Assembly: GCA_013239625.1 (NCBI GenBank)
Contig: MU056146.1
Location: 2,975,812-3,039,811 of the forward strand
Length of the DNA stretch: 64,000 nt
DNA from: Lama guanicoe
Taxonomy: Eukaryota
Reading direction: 5' to 3'
The notes under the pieces were generated by a model. It made no database searches. It was not told the origin of the DNA and saw nothing but the letters and a program-made list of their open reading frames with translations. Shown here piece by piece: positions 28,795 to 40,061 of the stretch. Numbering within the stretch: position 1 is the stretch's first letter; each line of letters opens with the position of its first letter. Both the position numbers and the translations under genes were made by a program.

Positions 28795-29770
28795 CAATAA
28801 TTCATTTCACAAATGCTCATTTTAGAACTCTTAGGATCCAATTATTGTTCTAGGGGTTGAGACACAAATGAACAACAAAAGGAAAGTCTCTGCCCTCTTG
28901 AGGATTACATAACAGTGGGGAAAAGAGAAATAATAGTGACACAGGAAAAGGGTAGAGCATGAGAGGATGGCCATGTCTCAGGTCCCAGGTGAGTCCCTGG
29001 GATGCGCCCCATCAAGTGAGGGTCCTTGGCTTCACGCAGAGAAGAATCCAAGAGTGAGCCATAGTTGAGTAAGAGTGGATCTATGCAGACAGATGCACAC
29101 TCCACAGACAGAGTAGGGGCCATCTCAGAAGGTGCGGGAGCAAGAGAGGCCGAGAGATGGGTTGTTGCTAGTTTTCAGAAGCTAACAAGTGAGAGGACTA
29201 TTCCAACTACTTTGAAGAAGGGGGAAGGTTCCTAGGATTTGGGCCACTGCCCTCTCCTTGACCTTTCATGATTAGTCTCAGGTCACTCACCATGCTAATA
29301 CCTTATAATGTGTATAATGAAGCTCAATGTCCACTGGAGGTCAAATCTCCCACCATCTTGGGCCTCGAGGTCTACTGGGAGTTGAGTCGTCCACCATCTT
29401 GGTGCTAATTGTTATGTCATTCCTTTAATGGCTGTGTCCTGTCCCCTTCCCTCCTGTCTCAACAGCAAATATACATAATAACATAATTCTGCAAATATTA
29501 AGTGCTATGAAGAACAAAGTAATTGGATAAGAGTGATAGAGTTTGTAGGGTACTTAGAGAAGGTTCTTCTGAGAAGTGGCATTTGGGTAGAGGCCTGAAG
29601 AAAGTAAGATACTGATATGTAGGTATCTAAGGGGAGAGTATTCAAGGGAGAAGGTACAAATAGTAAGTACAAAGGCCCTGAGGCAGGAGAGAGCCTGGCC
29701 TGTATTCAAGGAATGCAAGGAAGCTAGTGAGTGAGAATATGAGTGGTAATAGATTAAGCCATAGAGGTGA
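28795..29770 (-). mobile_element. L2 LINE interrupted by a solo LTR; an L2-like segment recurs at about 30720-30900
   Basis: aaagtctctgccctcttgagg...; aagtgctatgaagaacaaa...aaaggccctgaggcaggagagagcctggcctg. Confidence 0.7.
28937..29461 (-). mobile_element. Solo ERV (ERV1-like) LTR, 525 bp
   Basis: Minus strand reads TGAGACAGG...CTGTGTCA (TG...CA termini); 4-bp flanks atag/acag; cleanly interrupts an L2. Confidence 0.75.
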
Positions 29771-29774
29771 ACTT

Positions 29775-30420
29775 GGAAAGGAGAAAGCCTGTATAAACAT
29801 AATGCAAGATCAAAAACTGAATCAAACAATTGGTAAATTTGATTATAAAAAGCTTAAAATTTCTGCATAGCAAAAACTACTATAAACAAAATCAAAAGAT
29901 AAACAACAATTGGGGGGGGATAGTAATTCATGTCACCCAAGGGCTGGTATCTTTAATGTATTTTTTTAAGGAAATTCCTTTATATCAATATGGAATAAGT
30001 AATAATCCAGCAGAAAAATAAGTGAACAAAGAATACGAAGAGAAAAGTCAATTGAAACAGCTTTCAAACATATTGAAGGATGGTCAACCTTCCTTATACG
30101 AGGGAAATTCAGGATAGAACCACACTGAGATGCAATTTCTTATTCTATCAGATTGGCAAAGATCCAAGTGTTTGATCTTAACACATCTAAAGGCTTGAGC
30201 CTTAGAGAACCAGACACGGTCATGTATTGCTATTGGGAATGTAAACAGGTACAGCTTTACAGGGGAATCTTCAGTACTAACCATCCAAATTTTAAACACT
30301 CCTATCTCTGACCCAGCAGCTTGACTTCTAAGACTTTATCCAGCAGACTTATTTGCACACGTGTGACATGAATTATGTACAAGGATATTCACGGTGGCGT
30401 TATTTGTCATAGCAGGAGAC
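29775..30420 (+). mobile_element. Old L1 (L1M/ME-like) fragment, decayed ORF2 end/3'UTR
   Basis: aaaatttctgcatagcaaaaac...ccacactgagatgc...ctatcagattggcaaagat...gtacaaggatattcac. Confidence 0.7.
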
Positions 30421-32040
30421 CACAGGACATGTGGCGTAGTGAGAAGTGAATTCGAAGGGAGGGGTGGAGCCTGACTGTGACCCTCTTTTTAAACTTGAAC
30501 CCTGGCAAGTTCTCGAGCAGGTCAAATGAGAACAGGCTGTGTTTAGAACAACTTGTGTGCCACCAAGTTCGGGTTGGATTGGGTGTGTGTGGGACCTCGG
30601 TGAGAAGTTCAATGTCATTGAAAGAGTACTGGTGATGTTCAGAGCGGAGAGTCCTTGTGTAGGAAGGGAGGGGGCGGGGGCACAAGGGGTGACAATAAAC
30701 AGGGCAGCCCAGGGGACAGAGACCAGCTTATGAAGGGCCTTTCTTTTGCCAGGCTCAGAGCTTCAGACTTTATCCTGAAGGCAGTGGCAACCTTCCGAGC
30801 CAGGCAGTGACCTCATCAGATTTGCATTTTTAAAAGCTAGTTCCGCTGTCAGTGTCAAGGAGGAGATTACAGAGCAGCAAAGCCAGAAGTGGGAGAGGAA
30901 TTATTTTAAAAATAAGAAACATAGTCCAGAGAGGGGACTATCTTCCCCCTGTTTGGCAGTTCTTACGAATCAAAATCCAAGAAATGAAAATGTCTTAACT
31001 ATAGAATTACCTTGAAAAATTTTTTAACTATCATTTCGGTGGTTTCACAGAAGTAGACATTTGTTAAAATGTATTACATCGCACACTTTAATATGTGCAG
31101 TTTGTTTTCTATCAGTTATGTCCCTAGAGAGCTGTAAATTATTTTTTAATTAAAATTGTCTTTAATGAGGAAAAACAACCTACGAAAGAAACTCTAAAAA
31201 GGGCATAGGCCTTCTGACAAGAGAAGTTCAAATTCTCTACTCTCAGGTTTGTCCTTTTTTCCTGGTCACTCGGGTCGTGCCTGCCTCCTGCTTCTGCGTG
31301 CTCCCCAGTCCCCGCTGGCTGGGCTCTGCTTCCAAGCCGCTCCCGAAACGCGTCCGTCTAAGGTCTCGTGAGGGTTGTAATTAATCGATCTGGGTGAAAG
31401 CAAAGGCCGCGCATGCTCTTTGAGCCCATCACCAGCCACAGTGCAAAGCCGAGCCCCCTAATGTGTCCTTACCACAACGGGCTCATAAATGAGCCGATAC
31501 ATAAACATGTAGGCAGGTGTTTTATTATTATTACTGATGAGAAACTGGGTGCCTATGAATGAATTTACCAGGCTGCTCTTAAAATTGGTTGATTTTTTTT
31601 TTTAATTCTTTTGTCTGCTTCTTGGTGGGAAAAATACCTTGGTTAAGCGGAAACAATGCTGCAGATGTAAGAGGGGCGAGCGTTTCTTCTGAACGAAAAG
31701 CCAAAGTGGGCGCTATGGAATTCTGATAAAACAATGAAGTGGATTGTGCTCACAGATTTGATTTTTCAAAGAGTAGATTATTCCGACAAATTTAAAAGAT
31801 TTAATGAGGACTTCGAAAAGACATGTTATTATCTTAATTCTAATTTTCCTCAAAGAAAGAAAAATGTGTTTTTAATGTTCATGTGTTTCGTCTTTGTCAG
31901 TTCCAAAAGATTCTAAACCCCACGAAGTTGGCAACCGTGGACGGCTTCTGCGTCCATCAACTCAAAGTGACATAGTGACACTCCTTGGCGCATAGCAAAT
32001 ATTTCTTAAGTTAAGTTGAGCTTACTTCAGTTGAATTTTC

Positions 32041-32350
32041 TTTTTTTTTCTTAGCTTTATCAAGATATGATTGACATATGATAGAGTATAAGTTTAAGGT
32101 GAATAATTTGATATATATTGCAGAATAATTATCAAAATAAGGTTGGTTAACACATCTGTCAGTTCACACAGTTACCAATGGTGCGTGTGTATTTGTGGTG
32201 TGAACCTTTAAGATTTACTCTCTTAATAACTTTCAAGTATTCAATACAGTTTTGTTAAGAGTATTCACCGTGCTGTACCTCACATCCCCAGGACTTATTC
32301 ATATAACTGGAAGTTTGTACCTTTTGACCACCTCTATCCATTCCCCACAA
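32041..32350 (-). mobile_element. L1 (L1MA-like) 3' end
   Basis: gctttatcaagatatgattgaca...ggaagtttgtaccttttgacc; tgaattttc duplicated at 32032-40 and 32352-60. Confidence 0.85.
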
Positions 32351-33267
32351 CTGAATTTTCAAAGTTATTTCTACTCTATTGTTTCTTATGAAAAGATTAA
32401 TAACATGTCATATTAAAATAAATCTTTCTCTTCTTGCCTCCTCTAAAGCAGTTTAAAAATCATTTTCCTCCAGGTTCAAAGTGATTTCTGATTTTACATC
32501 TCCTTTTCTCAAAAAGTAAATTTAAAAGCTATGCCCAATCATATGACATCCTACTTAATATTTACATCCCAGAGCAACAAAACCTTTGGGAGTCCCTGCA
32601 GCAAGATGGTTTTAATCCAATACCATCTAGAGATCAGAGGTAGTGTCTGGCTCCTTGTGTCAGACCTCTCCTCTTCATGAAGTTAAGTACTTTGAGTAAA
32701 ATCCAGATCTTTACCTTCTTCCAAACCTGCTCTGTCTCCTCTCTCTCTCTCCCTCTTTCTCACGCTCATTCCAGGAGAACGTGTCTGAATCTGAGGCTAG
32801 CTGGTGTGCATTCAGTGTACTGCAGTGTTGTACAGAACACAGTGCAGGCTTGTACAGAACACAAGTTCTTTTTGTATGTTCCCTTCAGAGCAACGTTTTA
32901 TTTTTACTCGACTATTACAGTGGTTGGGAACAGGGGATACATCATGAATGTAAAATTTGTCAAAGATTAATTGACTAGAGTTCTGAATAATTTGAGTCCT
33001 GTCAAACAAATTACAGGGAAAATCTCTCTGAGTATTTTGTAAATATTGTAATTTGGCTGTCCTAGTTTTCTATGGCTACAAAATCAATTATCCCCAAGCA
33101 CAGCCACTTACAATAACAACAGTGTTATTCTAAACTACAATACAGTGGATCAGGGAAGGCTCAGCTGGCTGATTCTGTTCCACACGTGGTGTTGACTGGG
33201 GTCACTAGGTGGTACCCAGCTGGCAGGTGGGCTGGTCTAGATGGCCTCAGTCTGGCACCTTGGCAGG

Positions 33268-33410
33268 TGTCTTAGTCCACTGGGGCTACTGTAAGAAAAA
33301 TGTCATAAACCACATGGCTTAAACAGCAAACATTTATATCTCACAGTTCTGAACACTGGGAAGTCCTAATCAGGGCACTGGCAGGTTCAGTGTCTGGTGA
33401 AGCCTGCTCG
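33268..33410 (-). mobile_element. MLT1A/MST-like MaLR LTR nested in the older MLT1, running into a gap
   Basis: tgtcttagtcc...ggcttaaacagcaaacatttatatctcacagttctg...ggaagtcc...cagtgtctggtga. Confidence 0.8.
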
Positions 33411-33597
33411 NNNNNNNNNNNNNNNNNNNNNNNNNNNNNNNNNNNNNNNNNNNNNNNNNNNNNNNNNNNNNNNNNNNNNNNNNNNNNNNNNNNNNNNNNN
33501 NNNNNNNNNNNNNNNNNNNNNNNNNNNNNNNNNNNNNNNNNNNNNNNNNNNNNNNNNNNNNNNNNNNNNNNNNNNNNNNNNNNNNNNNNNNNNNNNN
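33411..33597. other. Assembly gap (187 N)
   Basis: Run of N. Confidence 1.
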
Positions 33598-33755
33598 TGA
33601 ATTATGGGAAAGTCACAAAAATTTTATCTATCACAGCAAGGGTGGCTGGAAATCTGGGCCTAGTGGGGACTGTCACCTGGAGCGCCTACTTTTGGTCAGT
33701 CCAGCATGGTGATCTCAGAGTAAAGTCCCACAAGGGACAGAGAGTAGGAGCTGAA

Positions 33756-33926
33756 CAAGGACCCACCGTACAGCACAGGGAACCGTATTCAATTTCTTGT
33801 AATGAGCTGTAATGAAAAAGAATCTGAAAAAAAAATATATATGTATAACTAAATAGCTTTGCTGTACACCTGAAACTAACAATGTAAATCAACTATATTT
33901 CAATTAAAAATAAGAATTAAAAAAAA
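33756..33926 (+). mobile_element. L1 3' end inserted in MLT1
   Basis: caaggacccaccgtacagcacagggaac...gctgtacacctgaaactaacaatgtaaatcaactata plus A tail; TSD aggagctgaa/aggaattgaa. Confidence 0.85.
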
Positions 33927-34349
33927 AGGAATTGAAGCTGCAGTCTCTTAAATACCTTCGCTAGAAACTGGCAGAGTCCCTTCCACTGTACGCTGTCGGT
34001 CGCAGCAGAGACACAGCCTAGCCAGATCCAGGGGGCGGTGACATAAAGCCCACTTCTCAGTGGGAAGTGAGTCAGACTCTGTGGTGATCTTGAATTGACA
34101 AAGGGGCACATTGTGAGAAAATAATGCACTTTTGCATCTCTCAGTAATGAGCTCATCCATCAAAGAGCAGCTATTATCAAAACATTAATTCAACACACAA
34201 AAGTGTACCAGCTATACATCTTAAAGCCATCCCTGTGCCTTTTACGCCCTTGCTCCTCACAACAATTGCTGTCACTACTTCCACCCAAGTATCCTGCCAG
34301 TGGGTCCTCTCCTTTCCTCTGCTGCTGCCCGGAGATAGTGCCTTCTTGT

Positions 34350-34560
34350 AGCTCACTTTTGCTGAGAGCTAATTGTGTGCCAGGCATTGTGCCAACAGCT
34401 TTACAGGCACGATCTCATTTGATTCCTCATGCTACCACTATTAGGTGGAGATTGTCATAATCTCCACTTCCTAGATGAAGAAAATGTTAATTAAGTGACG
34501 CATCTTATCTCTCAAGCACTTAATGGCGGAACCCAAATGGAAACCCAGGCGCCTCACTCC
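34350..34560 (-). mobile_element. MIR SINE
   Basis: tgtgtgccaggcattgtgcc...atctcatttgattcctca...agatgaagaaa...gaaacccaggc. Confidence 0.75.
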
Positions 34561-36265
34561 ATCTAATCAGTTTCAGGTTTCCTTGCTCCTAACCAGCAAG
34601 CGCATGCTCACGTGAGCAGGCTCAGCTGCCTAGACCCAGAGGTGCAGCTTTTCCTGCAGCCTGGCCCCTCCGCTTTGAGTGGCACCTTGTGCTCACAGGG
34701 TCATCACATCTCTCTATGCATCAGAACCTCATGCTGAGATACCAGTTACTTCTAATCCATCTAAATGTTATTCTCCAGTTAGGAACGAAAGTTATGTCTA
34801 CTGCTTGAGCCAGACAGTAGTCCTTTGTTTAAAGAGAAACAAAACCTGGACAACACGGGAGATGTGTGCAGAGAGAACCGGCTGGTCATTAGCTGACATA
34901 CTAGAACGGCCCTGGTTTAATTGGCAGTAGATAACAGCTCCAACAGCACAGTTAGAAACAACGTCCCAAATATTTCAAAATATTAATGGCAAGGAGGTAA
35001 TTAAGATAGCACAGGATGGCAGCCCCTGGAGGAAGTTATGGCCATGTTGTGATTTAATTGGTTCCAGAGAAACTTACCAACTAGGCCTTGGTGTCACAAA
35101 AGTATTCTGTGTTTTCTTTGCTTTGGGAGGAAACAGAGGCTTGGCTTCCCTCAGCCCCAAAGGAGCGAAGAGGTTCTCCTGACACCTAGGGAGCTTGACT
35201 GGTGACAGACTTGCCAGCAGGTGGGAGGCAAACCGGTCAAGCAGGGATGCACTTGGCTGCTCAGTGGACCACGGATGGACCACACGGATCCTCTTGCCAT
35301 CTGGGGCCACCTTCCCCTTGCAGCCTGTCCTGAGTCCCAGGGCTGACGGCTCTGGCTTTCCCACTGCCACGTTCTTGCCTTGTAATGTGTCTAAACTAGA
35401 CTCTTAAAGGAGTCTAGGTGCTGTAAGCATGACCCTTTATGGCTGAAATGCAAAATATCAGAGAAGTTTTCTGAAAAGCTGCCTTTCTTTCTGTGACCCT
35501 GGGGAACCCTGTCATGCATTCTTAGAGTGATGGGACAGGGGAATTGACTGGTGGAAGGGCTGATTTTACCATAAGGAGACGTGCATTTTTGTGTTTAAAT
35601 TTTTTGTGCTTATGGTCGTCTTATGTAGCAGTTATTTGTGTAGGTTTATCTGGCCTCCTAACAAGAAACTTATTTTCACAAACAACTTTTAGTAGAAAAA
35701 TAGAAGCCCAGAGAAGAAGACTTTTTATGCCCACCCTGCCAGCCTTCCTCTTATTCTAACCAAAACCCTAGGTATGGCTATAATCAGTGTGTGCATGTCA
35801 TTTTATCCAAATGTTTTGCATACAGTTTTCTCTGAGCTTTTCTGAGAATTAGAAGAACTCATGTGTTTCTTTAAAAAAGCAGCATAGTGTTTCAATATAT
35901 TGGTGTATTTGATAGTAGTTAATGATTTATCAACAGGTAGTTCAATTAGTAAGAACTTCTGTAGTTGATTGGCACAATAGTCATTTCTGTTCATTTTATG
36001 TATATGTGGTGAAAAAACGTAACATTGAAATCTACCCTCTTAACAAAGTGTACAGTATGGTCTTGTGAACTACATGTATGTTGCTAGTCTTAATGATGAC
36101 TCTGAGATTTTTGAGCCAATCTATACTGGCTTTTGAGTCTTCAAAGGAAAATCAAATTTTCCTAAATACAGTTATTTTATTTATACATAGTTTTAAAATG
36201 AGTAATAGCCTAAACCAGATAGCTTAAGGTAGAATATTCTGATTAGCTTCCAAATTAAAAGAAAA

Positions 36266-36475
36266 ATACGGGATTTCAAAATCGTAGAATAGATAAACAA
36301 GATTATACTGTATAGCACAGGGAAATACACACAAAATCTTATGGTAGCTCACAGAGAAAAAAATGTGACAATGAATATATATATGTTCATGTAGCACTGA
36401 AAAGTTGTGCTGAACACTGGAAATTGACACAACATTGTAAAATGATTATAAATCAATAAAAAATGTTTTAAAAAT
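36266..36475 (+). mobile_element. Young camelid-type L1 3' end
   Basis: ggatttcaaaatcgtagaatagataaacaagattatactgtatagcacagggaaa...tgacacaacattgtaaaatg...AATAAA (36455-60). Confidence 0.85.
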
Positions 36476-38399
36476 ATACACATGTAAATATACATATACC
36501 GACATCAAAAATGTGTCACCCAAAACTAGTTTGTATAGCAAGGCAAATGAGCTGAGATAAAGAATGGAAATTCAAAGTGAGGCAATTTGAGTAAAGGCGG
36601 CCATTTGGTTACATGCTTAATATACAGGATCATCAGTAGGATGGTTTTTCCAAGGGAAGCAGGCAACTTCTTGGGAAAGGGTCATTTTTATCACAGTTGG
36701 GGTCAAAAAAGAGGAGGTGAGTTCGCAGATCTAGGGAGCTAAAAGGTGAGTTCTGTGGTGGGGAAGGAAGAGGGAACGAAATGATTGAAATCACTGAAGA
36801 GAAATTTCTTGACTTCACGGTACAAATCCAAGAGCTTTCCACCTTACCTGTTGGGAGGAATGTCTGGTGGAGAAGGGAGTGTTTTAATTTAAACAAAAGA
36901 AACTTCTTGGAGGGATTTTAGATCCCATCATTGCAAACTGTGACAGGATGCTGAGTTCTTGTGATCCAGTCCAAGGTTGTCCTCTTTGCTGAGAGTACAA
37001 CTGTGTTCAGACTTCTGGTAGAGACATTATTACTGTCTCAGCTCAACCCATTCATGTTGGATAAATATGCTGTGATAGACCAGCACTCGTTGTATAATGA
37101 TCTATGCAAATACTTGTCTAAAACACACAGTTAAGTATTCCGTAGTTCTCAGTGCCTTTTTTTTTAAGTGAAGTACAGTTGATTTACAATGTTGTTTTAG
37201 ACCACAGTTATCAGTTCCTTTAACTGGACAACTCCATAGGGCCAACTCCCTTTCCTGTGCAAGGATTCCTTGGTTCTTCTAGCAGGATACACCTATCTAG
37301 ATAAACTTACTTATTCATCGTAATTAATCTCCATCAGAAAGCCTACTGGAAATTCTAATGGTAAACAGGGTAATTTTTTATAAACACACAAAATTGATAT
37401 GAAGACATAAAAGGAACAGAGCAGCTCTTGGGCAACAGTTAGCCACCTTTTAAAACCTTAAAGGAGAAAACATCTTTACTATTGAAATACACGGCAACCA
37501 AACTGTGCATCCTATGTCCATATTGCCAGATAATTAGATCCTTAAGATCCAGAGGAGTGACGACTTTTGTTATAAGATCCTGATGTGACATCCATACATA
37601 GGTCTGTGTTAGTTAAGGAAGATTTTATAAAATTCATTGTTAGAGTTTTTTATGAGTCCCTGTTCACATCTTAAGGTTTTCATGTCACTTGTGTCCATGA
37701 GAATAATGCAGGACAGAATACTGGGGACGGGCGTGGAATAGATGTCCCTGATACTCAGGTGCCCAGGATGCTCTTGGCCTCGCTGGTTCCACAGGGAGTG
37801 GATCAAGCACCCAGTTACGAAGTCTGGCTGAGAAAGCCTACTGATAGCATAAAATCTGATGCTGTTCACATCATCAAAGCCTCGTGCTCTGTAAAAATGT
37901 GACTACTTTCCAGACAGTAATTCGTTATAAAAATTCATCTATCTTAAAAGGTTTTTCACCTGCCTAATTCATAACTACTTGTAACCCTGAAAATTTTTTG
38001 ATGTTGGACTTTGCTTGAGCATGGTTGGATACGTAATAAAAATAAAATTTGTTTTCTTCACACTATTGCTATGAGGCAGCTACTATAAACAGCATGTCAC
38101 ATTAATAATATATTTAGAAAGCAGATTATATGATATATGTGCAGTATATTTTCAGTTGCATGCTTAAAATATTCATGCACAGAGGGGGAAAAAAATAGGG
38201 CATAGACCAAACTGTTTATAGTGTTATTCTGGGAAGTGGGACTGTGGGTGCATTTTTCTCCTTGTTTTTTCTGTATTTTCTAAGTGTCTAACAATAAATA
38301 TGTATTATTTTGAAAAAGGACAGTGTTTTAAGGTTGGCTCCCAAGGGTTTTAACAGTTGGAAAACATGAGAGTTATTGAGTCCATATGTTAAAAGTCTA

Positions 38400-38573
38400 G
38401 GCTATGCTTTCCAGTAGCCGCTAGTCCCAAGTGGGTATTTTTTTTTAAATTATATTTAAATTAGTTAAGGGCACATTAATGTATAAACAGTTTAATTCCT
38501 CAGTCACATTAGCCGCATTTCAAGTTTCAACAGCCACATTTTCATTATCACAGAAAGTTCCATTCGACCGTGC
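38400..38573. mobile_element. MER3/MER33-like hAT-Charlie MITE
   Basis: gtagccgctagtcccaagtgg...tttaattcctcagtcacattagccgcatttcaagt...cattatcacagaaagttccatt. Confidence 0.75.
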
Positions 38574-39306
38574 CGGTGGAGGCAAGTTACCAAACTGTGC
38601 CCTGGAAGCTAAGAACCAACGTGGGCCAGTTTTTAGCAGCACAGGAATGGACACAGGCCCCTTGTACCACGCTTCACAGACTCTGGGGGACTCCTCATCA
38701 CAGGTCCCTTCTACACACCTCACCAATCCGTGGCCCAGTAAGCGCAGAGATTTTTCGCGCAGCCTCCAGCTACTTAGTTGCAAGGTTGGACAGCTAACTC
38801 CTGATTCCGAGCTCTTTTCTCCATGTCACTGTGACCATCTTCTCCAGCAAATAAAAGACTCCCAAATAGTGCTTTAGTTCAGTTCAGTTCAATATAGTTT
38901 CATGGACATTTTCTGAAAGGCTACAGTGTGACAGGCACCCTAACGAGCCTTGAATATACAAAACCAGCAAGAGAAGTTTCCCTGTCCCCAAAGGCTGTCA
39001 AAGTGCAAAAATGCAAGGGCGTGCTGGGTAGGGTGACAGCACCGAGTAGGGACAGGTCTGTTCTGGGGAAATCCAGAAATGCTTCACCCGTGTAGATGTG
39101 CATAAGCTGGGCCTTGACATTAGAGCAGCCCCCTCAATTCTCAAATTAACACTTCTTCAGTATTCTCAGGTTTCTCCATAGTCCAGAAAAGAGGTTCAAC
39201 TCCATTTTTGAACCTGGGCTAGTATTTTTTGGTTTGGGGGTATTTTGTTTTGTTTTGTTTTAGATTCCATATAAGTGAGATCATAGAGTATTTGTCTTTG
39301 TCTGAA

Positions 39307-39441
39307 TTTTTTTTTTTTTTTGGTGGGGAGGTGGGTAATTAGATTTATTTGTTTATTTATTTTTAACAGAGGCACTGGAGATTGAACTCAGGACCTCGTG
39401 CATACTAAGCACACACTTTACCACTGAGCTATACCCTCCCC
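39307..39441 (-). mobile_element. Camelid tRNA-derived SINE (Vic-1-like), near full length
   Basis: ggtaattagatttattt...gagattgaactcaggacctcgtgcatactaagcacacactttaccactgagctataccctcccc (A and B boxes on the minus strand). Confidence 0.88.
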
Positions 39442-39450
39442 TCCCCTCCT

Positions 39451-39558
39451 ATTTTTTTAAAAATAATTTTTCCCCCTTAATGGAGGTACTAGGCATTGAA
39501 CTCAGAACCTCGTGCATGCCAAGCACATGCTCTACCACTGTGCTATACCCCCTACCCC
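39451..39558 (-). mobile_element. Second Vic-1-like SINE in tandem
   Basis: ttaatggaggtactaggcattgaactcagaacctcgtgcatgccaagcacatgctctaccactgtgctataccc. Confidence 0.85.
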
Positions 39559-39803
39559 TGAAATATTTTTTTTAACCTCACTTGTGATAGATATGTTCAA
39601 CTCTCTTAATCTGAACCAATTTTCTCATTTTCAGGCCTGGTCCTATACATGTAAAATAATTTGAAACCTTCAAATGAAATAAAATACTACTTTAAGATTG
39701 AGTCATCCATTCCGTTTTGAACTCTGTAAAAGCGAATAAAAAATTTGAACGAGCAATCATTTTTCAGCCAGTTGCATTGGAGGTATTTAGACACAGGTTA
39801 TAA

Positions 39804-40061
<258 letters not shown>

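Larger units (their letters stand above)
33058..34110 (-). mobile_element. Older MLT1 MaLR LTR split by two later insertions
   Basis: ggctcagctggctgattctg...cagctggcaggtgggctggtc; resumes after the gap and again at about 33937 (ctagaaactggcagagtcccttccactg...gccagatccagggg). Confidence 0.65.

Noticed and set aside
36455-36460. Sense-strand AATAAA as an intronic polyadenylation site
   Set aside because: It is the L1's own signal with no clear GU-rich downstream element; such hexamers are common in this AT-rich intron.
39370-39558. tRNA genes
   Set aside because: A/B-box-like sequence is followed by SINE body and A-rich tail and recurs in several copies in the window; these are tRNA-derived SINEs.
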